A stretch of DNA of 61,917 bases, filler included, from Basidiobolus ranarum (GCA_040143965.1; 12 parts of 12 records of this genome joined end to end with filler, not necessarily neighbours in it); one strand, 5' to 3'. Positions 25,701 through 39,246 are shown, numbered from the whole stretch's first letter. The notes: generated by a model from the sequence alone, not told the origin. Made by a program: numbers and translations.

Positions 25701-25888
25701 AAGCAAAAACACGGGACTTGTTATTCTCGAGATAGTTTTTTCACATAGCTGATTTCGAAGAGCGCTCGTTTAGGAATTAGGAGAATCGNNNNNNNNNNNN
25801 NNNNNNNNNNNNNNNNNNNNNNNNNNNNNNNNTTAATTAATTAANNNNNNNNNNNNNNNNNNNNNNNNNNNNNNNNNNNNNNNNNNNN

Positions 25889-27940
25889 AGCTAGATTGTT
25901 AGGGTTTTCACTCCACTTCTCGATAGCTTCAACTCGCTTCATACGCTCCTCGTATGTTTCTTGACGGAAACTACCCAGACGCCAGCTTATAACCCAGCCA
26001 AAGAACACGGCGAGAACAAACTTACTTAACACTACACCAAGGATAACAATCAAGGAAATGTAGAGAATGATGTTTGATATAAGACATCCCATGGATGTAG
26101 TATCCAATAGACCAACCTTTAAAAGACCCGCTGCACAATCCGCTTCATTTCGATGATAGTTCCCAAGTAAATAAGTCACATCAGTTCCACGATAAGGCGA
26201 GTTAGGTGATCGAAGTTTGTTGTATATTGGAGGGGATTGGTAATTAGGAACTAGCGAATTCAACAAGTCAACATCTAATACATGTCTTATATAATTCAAA
26301 ATATCGGTTAGAATGGAATTTTCAACCATTAGAGTGGATTTTAGTTGCAATTACCCATTATAAACAACCAGATTTCGATCTTTTCTTTGAATATCTTTCC
26401 ATTGGTAATAAACGTCACCAAGTAAAGGTAGACTACGTAATGTATTCGCATTCGTGTTTAGATGACACCCAGTGCGAGCTGTGTTCTCCGTTGGGCCAGG
26501 ATAGCTGGTACTGTTGCGAATAACACAAGGGAAAAAAGTTGGAGCATCGTTTGCATTCGATAGACCCCATAATCTATTACACCCCTTGTTGGTGCTTTGA
26601 AATAACAAGGAAATATCCATTGCCCCGGCCATTGATGTGATATCCCCACCTTGAGGAATTAAAGAATTGCCAGGGTGAGAATAACCAGCTATCTTGTAGG
26701 CTCTTCCATTGATTATCGTATATTCCGAGCTTATAGTTCCCTGTTTGACTCTTGGTGAAACCTTCAAACCACACAATACCTGTTGAAGACCAAACGTAAG
26801 GAAACCAACAATCGAGCACAAGAGGAAAATAATGGTACATAGAGCGATTTTCTCCCGCCAAGCTTGTCTCTTATCAGGAGTTTTCATACCTAGAATATCA
26901 ATTAATCATAAAATTTGAGTTTTATAAGTTTTCATGATTCTTCTAATCGATTTCATATTTACCACAGCATGAAAGTATAGGACTTGGCGCATAGAATGTT
27001 ACTATTCTTGAAAAAATCACCCAACAACTAGGACATCTTCTTTTCTTCGCTGGTTGAGGAGGATCCTTCAATGTACTCTCCCTTGCAGTGGCCTCTGCAC
27101 GGTTCATTAATTCTTCTCTTGCTCCTCTAGCTGCACCTCGCGCTTTTGCAGCATCAGAATTTTGATGGGTATACCGTCTTTCAGGTCTACGCTCAGGACG
27201 TACCAAAGATCTCTTGCGACGTGGAGGTTCTGAGCGACCCTGTACCGAGACCTCTCTTGGATTGGATGCTGTCACTTTGGAATTTCTATTACGTGGTATA
27301 GAATGATTATAATGACTTTGACGAGGATGTGAAGGTTCATTGATTGATGAATTATAAGCATCTACAAGAAATCGATTATTGAATTGATTAAAATTAATCC
27401 TTAGTATCCTAATCTATCGATTCCCATTTAAGGTAAACATACTACTAATAAGGACTAAGACATACCAGAAGGTGTTACGTGATTTTGTAACGTTTGTAGC
27501 TCCAGTTTCTCAATTGGTTCAGAACTTGAACCTGGTGGTCTAGTGGTAATACGTGGGGAATATGAGCCAGTTTGACGACGATTGTAAGTACTCAATGGTC
27601 TATCCTCATCAGGGAGAATATTGGGTCGTTTGGAAGTTGTAGGTGAAGTAGATTCTATATATATTACTTGTAAGTGAGATTTCGGAGAGGGTGGAGGGCT
27701 TACATATAGAAAAGTTATTCATTGGATACCTTGGTGACTTAATGCATCTTGTATATAACTGGAATGAAGTTGTGGAGCGGCATCGAACCCATGCTCCAAG
27801 TTAACATCAATTCGTTCAATTTCTCTCGTAGTATGGTTGGATGAATTAGCTCTACTACCAGGTGAAAGTGATACCCTCGTATTGGATGAAGGCGCTCTTG
27901 GGGAAGTAGTCCTCTCGGAATCATATCTTCGGGAAGACAT
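25889..27940 (-). CDS. Chitin synthase, class IV/Chs3-like, N-terminal part (at least 5 exons), 3'-truncated
   Basis: RRKRSLVRPER motif, W..FSRIVTFYAP..LSCCG|MKTPDKRQAWREKIALC, LVVYNG|HVLDV, C.....KVG.LDT.S.GC..S; four GT..AG introns restore the frame. Confidence 0.92.
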
Positions 27941-30553
27941 AGGCTCAATAAATTATCGTGGTAGCAAAGTAGAAAATAGTAGAATGGTTCAATGGATAAT
28001 GTTGGACTGGGGAAGAGGTGTTATGTATTGTATTGAGCCGTAGTTGATAAGTCTCTTCAGGAAAAAAGAAGAGATTTCTTCGTAAATACTTCAGTTAACT
28101 AATATAACTAATAACAAAAATAAATGAATACCTAGCAAATAATGGCTTGAAAGAAGTTGTACTTAAACATACATATCACGAGGAAGCCTTGAATTATATA
28201 AAGGCCACAGTGAATAGCTGCACTAAAGTGGAAAGAGATGTGGTGTGAATAAAGAATCAAGTTCGATGGAGGTAAGAGGAAAAGTCATGTACAAAATTAT
28301 ATGAATCTTTTTAATATCTTACTGGGACAGGGTTAGCAGATGAAGAATAGGGTCGGTGCTCGATTTGGTGGGGTGGACTTGGCCCTTTGTCTCTGTACCA
28401 TAAGCTTTCCTCCTATTCTTCAGAATTGCCATATATATTCGATTACATCTCTATGAAAATATGTTAAAAAGGAACCTGATAGACACTCGTGCTCGAGGAT
28501 GTTTTATTAACTTGTTTAAGAGAGACTGAGTATTACAAAAGATGTGAAGCAATACAAAAATATCAGGACAGAGGAGATACGTCTCTGTAATTGGTCAAAT
28601 GAAAATTTCGCTAAAACCGCTAATCACTGACTGCTCTATGTCATACCTAAGTACTTGGTAAGCAATCTCGAATCCCAAATCATACAGAAATCAATGTTAA
28701 ACTGTACACTTTGTTTAATGATAAGCACAATCTAAATAACCATGTAACGAATAGAGTTGAGGTTTATGGGGGAGGGGTTATATTATATACCATATATAAA
28801 TATTTCTTTAGTGAAATCAATCGAACCTTTGGTTGTACACATGTTAGTAAAGACATGGGCACTTCCTTAATAGATGTCCATATGTTCACGTTTAGTACTA
28901 GTATATACTTGTCCTGATTGTAGTGAAACTAGTATTTCAAGTTCTGTGCAATGCCGTGGAAGATTATGGTTGAGAAAGGACAGTATCAAGGCTTAATGAA
29001 TTCTGATTTAGAGATGCTCTCTATGTAGTGTTCGGTGATAGTGTTACACGTTATGGTTACATAGAAAAATGAGTCAAGGGGATTGGCTGAGATTTCTGCT
29101 TTAATCGCTACTAAATTGGGCAGAATTGGCTTGATGATTATCACAGATGGAATTACAGAGAATTTATTGCATCAGCTTTAGTAAAGAAATTGTTAACATG
29201 TAGTGATTATAATATATCAGTAATTAGATAAAGACAGCAGAAGGGCGTTGACAGTGTGAGAACAATAGCAATTGGAAAATTCCTCATAGAGTAAGCAAAT
29301 TGATATTCTGATAAGGTACTTGATAAGAATAACCAACAAGCAATAAAGAGACAGTGGTTCAATAGTATAAGAGGCTGGCTCATATTTCAATACAGTGCTT
29401 AGATGGCAGATTTTCATGTACTAGAGAATATAATATATAATACCTATTATGTTTCTATCTTGAATATAACCTACTCTATCACCAAGATGAGGAAATAAGG
29501 TTAAAGTAATGGAGTGCATCTGAAGTATTGAATGAGAGCTGAGAATCGTTTGATCTTCAAGCAAAGTGGTGACAAATGATCAGCTCTGTGGAGTAGATCC
29601 GATATGGTCTTAGGGTTAGGATTTACCTATTAACAAACAAATATAACCACAATAGATTCTGTTTGACATTCATCGCATTTAGCATTCATTATATTCGGCC
29701 TTCATTACAGGTAGAGTTAGGCGGTATGATTCGAATGGTATCATTGTATTGAGTCTTTTATGGACTCTTATCAACGTCGCTATCCATATATCCATTTGTT
29801 TCGGATTAGCCAAAATGGGCCAAGTAGCGGTTAAGGATATATGAAGCATTCATCATGGTACTGTGCTACTACTCTTGCTACGACTGATGTTCATGCCTTG
29901 ATCTCTTGTCCACGAGGGTTGATTCTCAGCTGGCATTCATCGCTTTGAAGAAGGAGGTTATTGAGATTCAAACTCAGAACTGGTCTAGAGTATATCTCTT
30001 GTATAACTTGATCAGCGCCACTAAAATTAAAATTCATTTGCTATCATATATAGTTCAGTGGCTTAAATCCGAAAACCACTTTGATGGATGGTGATTGGTT
30101 CGTTTGGTCATAATTCTTGCGCTTGTCAATGCGATCATGGCTCAATATAGTCATAGTTGTCTGGAGAAATAGGTCGAGGCAATGATGTTTGGATTTTCAA
30201 TATTAATCGGAAACCCATGAGAACCCGTGAGGACACATTGGTGAGTGCACGTTAACTCCCCATATGATACACACACTTTTCATTAATGAAAGCCTATAGT
30301 GTACCCCCATCCTGTGTACACGATCATCCTATTTTGGACAAAGTAGAAAGAGTCTTTGGAATAGACTTTAAATAGTTAAAACTCCTCCAGCTCCAATAAG
30401 ATGACATGCTGGCAAGTTAGTAGGCGGTTGAGCCAATGAAAGAAGAGAGGTAGAGTAAAGGGCATAGGATTAGGGATGGCTCTGCAAACAGATATAAATC
30501 GACATCAGTGACTTTTTGACTCTCATCAAATCGTTCATTAAAACATTTATCCA

Positions 30554-30959
30554 ATGCTTCAGATGAATAGCTCCCATCTTTTCGACAAACTACCCCACAC
30601 TTCTTCACTAAATGGGACTCACCTCAACTCTGAAGATGGTAACCTATTGGGCGTTGCATTCTCAATAACTTCTCAAGCCCCCGAACTTTTCTTAAATCAA
30701 CCTAATATGAACAATAACCCACATCAATACTTCTCTAGTGATGAGGACCACAGTCCCATTACTCCTGGTTTCTCTACTACCGCATTCTTGCCAAACCAAG
30801 ATCAACGTTTTGGAATGTCTTCATTCCAAACTATGGTGGGAAGCAATATGGTGATGTCCAAGTCTCAAACCTCCCCACTCAACAGGCAGTCGGGTCTTGA
30901 GAATCCAAATGCAGTGGAAGCGACAACAATGTCCTTTAGTTATATCAAGCAAATGTGCA
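30554..30959 (+). CDS. N-terminus of a low-complexity S/N/Q-rich protein (transcription-factor-like), truncated
   Basis: 135 open codons to the contig end; no domain reached. Confidence 0.5.
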
Positions 30960-31059
30960 NNNNNNNNNNNNNNNNNNNNNNNNNNNNNNNNNNNNNNNNN
31001 NNNTTAATTAATTAANNNNNNNNNNNNNNNNNNNNNNNNNNNNNNNNNNNNNNNNNNNN

Positions 31060-32696
31060 TCTACCAGCTAGATTACAATGTATTATTTGTTAGAAACCTT
31101 TGTAAGATCTTCTCACCTACTTCACTATCATTGCATGTGCATTAAAAGACTTCATCTTATTCATTATATTTTGACAAAATTGAGCCACTCTTCTATAGAA
31201 TAGTATGCTGCTTCCATACCCTTGCATATTCTTCTTATTCTTAACAAAAAGTCCCATGGTTGCATTGTAGCCATTGACTCTGAGAAACCCTGGATAGACA
31301 ATGTGACAATGATCCATTAATGACTGTGTGACTCCAGGCCTCTGCTCTTTCCCACATTCTTTTTAATCATGCTACCTCTGGCAAGATTTCAGATGGCTTT
31401 CTTGATATCAGCCCACTGAACATCTGAATGTTAAACAATATCTCTGATTTTGGCATTTGTTGATTGAATTGTTTTCCAATGACCTATATAGAAATTAAAT
31501 TGATTTGATCCAAATCAGATCCACCTTCTGTGGTAGCAATCCTGTCAGAGAACCATAACAAAATTTTCTGCTGATATTTTGCCAGATTTAATGATGGTCT
31601 ACAGTGGTGTCTTAACAGTATTCTGGTGATATTTGGTCATTTCAAAGTATTGATCTCAAATTTCTGGCATCATTTTTTTTATCATAGAAATTTAGCAAAA
31701 GTACTTTATAAGCTGGCATCATGATTGGTAAGCTGTTTTATGCATTAAATACACTTGCATGCCTTTATTTACTTATTTAGATATATGAGTTAATGTTGTA
31801 TGAAAATATTTTCAATGTTTACAAACAACTCCCAATGCTATCAGTACTTGTTGGATTGGAATTTTTTCAGGATTCCACTTGAGTTTACACAAATCTAATA
31901 GTTCAAGTCTTTGCATTAAATAATTACCTAAATGTGTGAATGCTTATGGGATGCCTTGTTGAATATGCTGGTATCTTGATGTTTTCAAGCATCTTGCCAA
32001 TTGGTTCAAGCTTGGATCCTGTCTCATATGCTTTATTCAGATTGAAATTTTCTCAGTTGAGCTGAGTTATTAATATTGGAATGTTGTTGAACTGCAAGTG
32101 TATAATGCCTAATGCAAAACTTTGGCTCAAGCTAATCCCTGTTTACAATTAAATATAATACATATGGCTGATCCCAATTTTGATTTCTGACTGAGTGGAA
32201 ATGAAACAAATGTTTTATTTGTAAAAATTTATGTTTCAAGCAATATGATATGTACAGTAACTTTGCCATAGTGAGTATTGGGGGGAAGCATTGAAATTTT
32301 GGAGATTTAGGTGCTTAATCACAATTATGTGTTTGTTGAAGTGAAGAAAGGAGAATTTATTGCATTTTTTGACTCCAATTACAGGTCTAATAGTTTTGTT
32401 GATAACAATGAGCTTTATGAATAATAAATATATGTACATCAAATATAGGCATGATACAGGCCAAAATGATATTGCCAGAAAGTCATGAAATCATAACAAG
32501 GATTATATAAATAGGATTAAATTGCAGTTGAAGAATTTGTTACAAAAGATGCCACAGGAATCCTGTCAGAAAACCATAGGGTATCCACTTAAAATCAGTC
32601 AAAAACCTAGTTGATGGTGTTCTGCAGGATTTCTGATGGTATTCAATTGATTTGATCTGGATCCAATACAGGCAATCTGAAATGAATTTTCACAGG
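31060..32696 (-). mobile_element. CpG-free decayed DNA transposon related to the element in contig 10362-15437
   Basis: Carries the 110-bp repeat (31484-31590), related GATTTGATC/GGATCC motifs at ~32550-32670, a possible terminus (minus strand CCTGTGAAAAT from 32696) and an ORF remnant at 31117-31480; I saw no CG until ~33023. Confidence 0.6.
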
Positions 32697-33450
32697 AGGT
32701 GTAGGGGTGGTAAAGTGCAAAGCAGTCTCAGATTCCATTTCCCACACATTTTATCAACCAAATGTCCACCTCTAAGGAAGAGGTGCTCTTCTCTTTGTCA
32801 TCATAAATGATATGTTTCAAGTTTCTAACTACATCAAACAAAAAAGCCCTAACCTGCAAAAAACTTTGGTTTCTTATAGCTCTGCACTATTCTCTTCTCC
32901 TACAACAGTATCCCCAATTTTTTTTCTTGCAGCAGCATTTCATTATGAGTATCTATACCTGAATCAAATCAAAGGTTGAACCAGAGAAAGAACAGTGAAA
33001 AAAACAATTCTTTGCCAAGAAGCGCAGTGTTGCTCAGAAAGATGTTACGTGATGTCAACTCAAGGTCGGTGGAAACTCAAACTGAAGAATTTCATATTTC
33101 AATGATTAGCCCCCACAGGGTTACCACCAATCTAGCGTAGCACTAGGAGATTACATGCAGAGGAAAGGAGAGAAATATGGTGGAGGTGGATGACAGCAAT
33201 GGAAAGTAATGTGGTAGTAGTCGTGACTGGAACAAAGACTACAACAGGTTTTAAACTCAGATGCTCAGGGCTAGCAAATATAAATATTGAGTGTGCTTTG
33301 TTGTCAATCTCTTTGACCATAGGAATAAATAGGAGTGATAGTCTCCATTATATTCTCAGCCTGTGTACTAAGCACTTGGTTTATTAAGATGGCTTTGCAA
33401 CTCAACGGGCCTATTATATAAAGGTTCTTTTAATCTTCAACGAAATACGC

Positions 33451-34425
33451 TTAATTACTTTTATAACCAAAAGCTTGCGCAGTAATGTTCAGGGCTATCA
33501 ATAACTGATGGGTAGGAAACTTGGCAGCCATCTTGGCATAAATTTCATTTTCACTCAGCTTTTTGTCAAAGATTTCCTAGTTGAAGCATATGATATAATC
33601 CTTGGTAGCTTGTAAGTCAGAAACTCTTGGTTGGGCTTCCATGACCACCAATAACCCTTTGAGGCTCCAAGGATTGTAGAACTACATGGAATATTACTGT
33701 TAGGTTGTGTATAAAGAACAAAAAAATAACCACTCACAAGTTAGGCTAGATATCTAGTTGTCTCGGTCAAGAGGAGTCTTGGCGTCAGCCAACCCAACAT
33801 GGGTATTTCAGCCATACACCATATCTCCGGTGATTACAGTTTTCTGAGTAGGAATTCACAATATGGTTAGATCATCTACATCCCCTTGTAATGGTTGCAT
33901 ACGATGAATGGGTTCATTGTAATTTCCCTTGAGTCGGATAATGGTTCTTCTGTAAGGTTTGGGTAATCTTGGCGATTGTGGGATCTCTTTTTTGCCATCA
34001 ACTAGCGACCACTGATCCACTGATGAAGTGTGATTAATAAAAAAAGGCTAGTAGAAACTATTATAAATCAACCCTTCGACTGGGCTACTTGTTTGATTCT
34101 CTTGACCACTCCGGGTGCTGCTAGCATATCAGCTTTACGAAAAACCTTTAGCAATTCAGTTCCACCGAAGAAAAGATCAGGATGCTCGTGAGTAGAGAAT
34201 ATTTTGGTGACAGGTAAATTGGCTTTCTTCCTGATGAAGGAGATTAAGCCACGTGCTGCTGAGTTTAAGAATGACTTCTTTCTTACCTACAATCAAAGTG
34301 GCAACACTTGACAAAGCATTCTCCGGTGTGCTGTAGTGGTAAATGTTTAACTTATCATCCCCACGTGCCTCCACATAAGAGCCAAGTAAGCAAAGGATTG
34401 GAAGCAGCGGAATAAGAAATCTCAT
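33451..34425 (-). pseudogene. Secreted metallo-beta-lactamase-fold hydrolase (Vmh-like) pseudogene, 2 introns
   Basis: Signal peptide MRFLIPLLPILCLLGSYVEA; ATLIVGKKEVIL; shifted frame KIFSTHEHPDLFFGG (34173-34193); L*IPTQKTVITGDMVYG*NTHVGLAD; VIGGHG; TKDYI..F; stops at 33856, 33808, 33754 and 33577 plus two frameshifts. Confidence 0.85.
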
Positions 34426-36692
34426 AGTAAGTAATAATAGATGATGCCTGGATCCATAGACTTTAGGGTTAGGCCCATTATTATGCTATTGATGTTATTT
34501 CTACATACGGAAATCAGTGTCTCCAAACGGAACTATTCAATAAGCCATATATTCTCTCGAGATATTTCACAATCTTCCACAATGGTATATCCATGACCAG
34601 GAGAAGTGAGATCGAGCCCATTGTATTCTGTTTTCACCATAGTTGGTGATTCTATGAATATAGAGAAGAAACCTGATCCAATGATATCCAGTGTTCCTTG
34701 GCCTCAACGTTAACCAACGATGAATAGTTATATTGAGCACATATATATATATATAATATAGGCTAATGCTCAAATACCTAAATGTTTTGATTTGTCTCAC
34801 TTGTGAATGCTCAAAAATGTTTATTTTGGGCCGATGCTTTATTGAAACGATATCTCACTTCTCTCTGGGAAAGATATGTTATTGGCAATGTCATCATCAC
34901 ACTAGTAACACTTTTGGAGCTTAAGATTTGTCTTCTAGAATCTCTTCACCAGAAGTAAATCTGTATTTAAAGCTTTTTTAGTGAAGCGGCAATTTGTGCA
35001 TATCTGATACATTCAGTAGCTTAACCTGACTGTATAGCATAGCTACTCTAACTTTTCTTCAAGTGTCTTACTTTCCTAGTGATATAAATAAATCCAATCG
35101 AGTTCTATTTTGCCATTTTGTCATTCAAAATAGTTCAAATAATTGCCGATTGAGGCTCTATAGTTTGTGGAAACAAATCTACTACAAACATTATGCATAA
35201 TGAAGGTATTTAGAAGTGCTAAAATGCGTTCTTCGATTTGTATGAGATGGAGTTAATATAAAAATTACAGTAGTTGAAGCTGGATAATTAGAGGTCGAAC
35301 ATGATTACAAGGCCTCCATCAAAATTTATACCTCTGTGCTGCCGAAGTGTGACTTTTTTTCTCTTTATCCATTCTCTATTGGCAAAGAAGGCAAAGTGTG
35401 CCAGATTTACATTCCTTTTAACTAGAGTTGGCGGAAACCCAATTGATTGTCTTCTGCCTTCAATGGAAAGAGGGTTATATGCACTGGAAGATGTAACGCC
35501 CTGCTGAGGTGTAATGCCAACAAGCTTTATGTTGTCTTGCTTATGTTCATAGCTCTGAACTCATTCTCAGCATTTTAATGTAAAACAAAAGAAATTTCCA
35601 GAAGGAATCTCACAATCTTTACTTAATATAAAGCAAATTCTATGATAGTTGTATACATCTATATAAATTCATAGATTCTAACTGAAACCGCCGAGCAATA
35701 CTGGTATATTGTATTACGATCATAAGGGCAATGATAATTGCATATCGGCGTATGGCTGAACCTATTAACCTACTTCCTTCGTAACAACTCACAACAACCC
35801 ATTGTTCACATGCATATGGACATATTTGGCAGTCATCGATAAAAGCCTAAGAGTTTACTCAGTGGTTGTATAGTGATTTGAAGTAGCACAAATCTGATCG
35901 TATCAATAACACATATGACACAACTTGTTTGTTGTAGCGATGTCTTGAATCTTGTACAAGAAAAGATCATGAGTTCACAGTATTCATACTAAACTAGTTT
36001 GGTTGACTAAGGCTTACAACATATTCGGTTTGAACGGGTATACTTATTAGAGGAATCAGCGAACAAGACTACTACTATAAGACTGATCAGGGATACTTCA
36101 TGATACACTATGATACTTAAAATAACNNNNNNNNNNNNNNNNNNNNNNNNNNNNNNNNNNNNNNNNNNNNTTAATTAATTAANNNNNNNNNNNNNNNNNN
36201 NNNNNNNNNNNNNNNNNNNNNNNNNNTATGCCAGATTTTCCAGTCTATCTCTTCAGCTGTGGCAGTATTAACTTGTTCATATATTGGCCTAATATGATGA
36301 AGTTTATACAAGTTATTTTGCTTAGCTCCAGAAGCTAAATAATTCCCTTTTTGATCCCTGACAGTCTCCCAAATACTTTAACAGACCCTGTTGATTCTGA
36401 ACTAGCTTTACAACTGGATGAAGCAAAACAACCCAAAATTGTTGCCATAGACTTTCAGCTAGATCTTTGGAAGCAATACCTTGCCTCCAAGACACCCTTT
36501 TGATCCCTATTTTTCCAGGTTTTTGTCCTATTGATCATTTGGTTTGTAGTGAGTATCTTTGTTTCTGCCTACCACCTTTGCCCCTTAACACTATACTTAC
36601 ATCCTGAGAACTGGATTACATTGGTGATCAAGTTAAGTATGGATATGATCCAATTTTGTCAGAATATCTTAAAAGATTAATGTCTTGATTGT

Positions 36693-37031
36693 TGTTGAAA
36701 TTAGCATTGCTTAAACACCTATATAGTCATTTATAGCTTAGTACTTGGTTAGCTTATACCTCACTAAGATATTATCTGTTATTCTCAACTGGATTTTACT
36801 TAGAATATTTTTACCAACTTAGAAGTTCTCAGATATATAGATTTTTCAAAGAAGCCCCAAACTTTGCACACATGTTCCTGGGACTTTCCTTAACACATTC
36901 TACATGTTAGTTTGTTTACATCTTAACAAAACTATAAATGTCAACTGAATACTCAATAAATCAGGAAGTGAAAACCACCAGTTCCTCTAATTCTCCAAAC
37001 CTCTTCCAACAGGCTCCCGAATACTTTAACA
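36693..37031 (+). mobile_element. Solo LTR, family A
   Basis: TGTTG...TAACA; perfect TSD ATTGT (36688-36692, 37032-37036). Confidence 0.92.
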
Positions 37032-38249
37032 ATTGTCACTTTGTTTAGATTAGTATATAAGCTAAATAAAGTCCACGCCACCTGGTGATTTTCATCCCCC
37101 TAAGTCCTATTATGCCAACTGAACATGTAGAAATATTCTACACCACTAGACACACTTTCAACTAGAAGAAAGGTATTTCACTTAGTAGTAGCATAGCATC
37201 TACAAACTCATATAAACTCTTCACCTTTTCCCTCCTCACAAAGGATATGATGTACTATATCTCTGGCAAAGGGATAGTTAATAATTCATCAATCAGGTTT
37301 ATTGATGAAGCTTGTTACTCGATAATGAGCGCGTTTAATTAGACTGAGAGCGGGATATATGTATTTAGGTTTATTTGCAACCAAGTCATTCCTATACTTC
37401 TCACTTCGTATTCATGGCTATCCACCGTGCCTGTATTACCGACGATATGTAGGGCCCGACGGAATTTCATGATTAATGCTACTAATTAAAACTTATATGG
37501 CTGATTCACTACTCCGTCAACCGGTTGCATTCTTAACGCCAAAATGTTTAATACTGATGGATGTAGGTGGGAATATAATCACACAGGAACTTTCGATCAA
37601 TCCTTCATGAACATGTCTAGCCAAAGAGATGCGGAAACCAGCAAGCAAGATTTATCATATAAACAAGTTTGACTTCCTATTCTGGTTACTGGTTAGCATC
37701 AGTGTGCTCGCGAAATACAACACTTCTTGCTTTATGGGAGATAATTTCTAAACATTAACAGGTAAAAGTGGAGTGAAAAGGAAGCCATGCTCAATATATA
37801 CATCTATGGTAATAGATGATTTGTAATACCGAGATATTATCTTCCTCTAGCTTATGGGCTTTTTATCCTAGGATTTATTCTGCTACGACATTCCTCGAAA
37901 CCTCGCTCTATAAGGATATAAGCCATATCAATCATATCAACCACACACCTGTTACGCGTATTGATAATATGTGCCATTATTACTCACAAATACTCCTAAG
38001 TATCTACTTTGATTATGATAAGTTTCCACGTTCTTAGTACTCGTGTCATATCATTGTTGACTGAAGAAACCTTATTGTTGGTGAGATGTTCGGTGAATAG
38101 ATTTCAATGAGAACTTGATATATTTACACCAGTAACTTATGGATATGAGAAGTATATTGAACTATTGTTGATAATATATATATCTATAATACAAAAGAGA
38201 CGTTCAAAAGGATCACTAGTGTCTCTGTAACTTGATTAACTTGATATCC

Positions 38250-38654
38250 CGAGAAAGCAATACCAACCATGAAGATATCTATTGTATAGACGTTACGGAG
38301 CGCGCGAACATATACATACACTATCTCTCTTCGTTCTTTATCTGGTAGCGTATTAAGAAACTCAAAGTTATATATATATATATATATATGTATATATAGA
38401 TATCTGTAGCCTCTTTCACGGAAAAAAGAAAATTTAAATTCACCAATCCTTCAGTTAGCTTATTATTAAAGGTAGATCGAATAAGGCGACACCCACTACC
38501 AATGGATCGGAAAAATGTTGATAAAGCCATAGCCACACCCATATCCCTATGATTGACCAGCAAACATCAATGTTTGTATACAACAGTCAGCTCTAATTCC
38601 CACAACCAGTAAGAAACCAATCTGTTCACCACGGCCCGTATCGGCATTCCAAAG
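38250..38654 (-). pseudogene. DHA2 (14-TM drug:H+ antiporter) MFS transporter pseudogene, C-terminal fragment
   Basis: LWNADTGRGEQIGFLLVVGI..CCIQTLMFAGQS / VNHRDMGVAMALSTFFRSIG / STFNNKL / YVRALRNVYTI..FMVGIAF, with frameshifts and an internal (TA)n tract. Confidence 0.78.
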
Positions 38655-39246
38655 CTTAATATTACGATGTACTACTGAATTCTGAAGGGTTTGAACCAAA
38701 AGCGTCATAAAAGTATCACAGTATGTGAGAACTTACTCTCCAAGAAGTCCTACTGCGATCGAGCAGAGTTGATGATTTTGTAGAGCAGAGTACAGGAAAG
38801 GGCAAACCACTCAAGATAATGAGCAAATTCACCTTCAAGTGAAGAATAATAGTTGACATGATTCTATCGGATATAGCAACAATCTCTCTGCACATTTTTC
38901 TAGAGATATTGGTTAAAACAGCACAGAGATTAGATTGTAATTCCCAATGATTTGGTTCTGTTGAGCAATAGTAGCGTCAAGTCTATCAAGAATTTCTACG
39001 ACAAGTTGTGAGATTACTGGGAGGAAATCTCTAGCACTAGTGGTTATGAGGGTGGAAATTGCTTCGTATGCGGATATTTCAATCTCTTCCTTGCAAACGG
39101 TGAACTAGGATTCGACAGCTTGCAAAGAAACCCTCTCTTCTTCGTTATTCATGACAAATACGGTTAATTTCAAAAGAGCTTGCTCTACGTAGAGGCCCAT
39201 TTAATCATAGTAGAGTTGCATGACAGGGACTAACATTCAAATGTAT
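38655..39246 (-). pseudogene. KAP95: Importin beta-1 (Kap95-like) pseudogene, internally deleted fragments
   Basis: FEC..VMQLYYD*MGLYVEQALLKLT...MNNEEERVSLQAVES*FTVCKEEIEI | SAYEAISTL...ILDRL | ELQSNLCAVL...DRIMS | LEGEFAHYLE | PFLYSALQNHQLCSIAVGLLG | YCDTFMTLLVQTLQNSVVHRNIK. Confidence 0.82.

Noticed and set aside
38369-38398. IYIYIYIY peptide repeat
   Set aside because: It is the translation of a (TA)n microsatellite inside a pseudogene.
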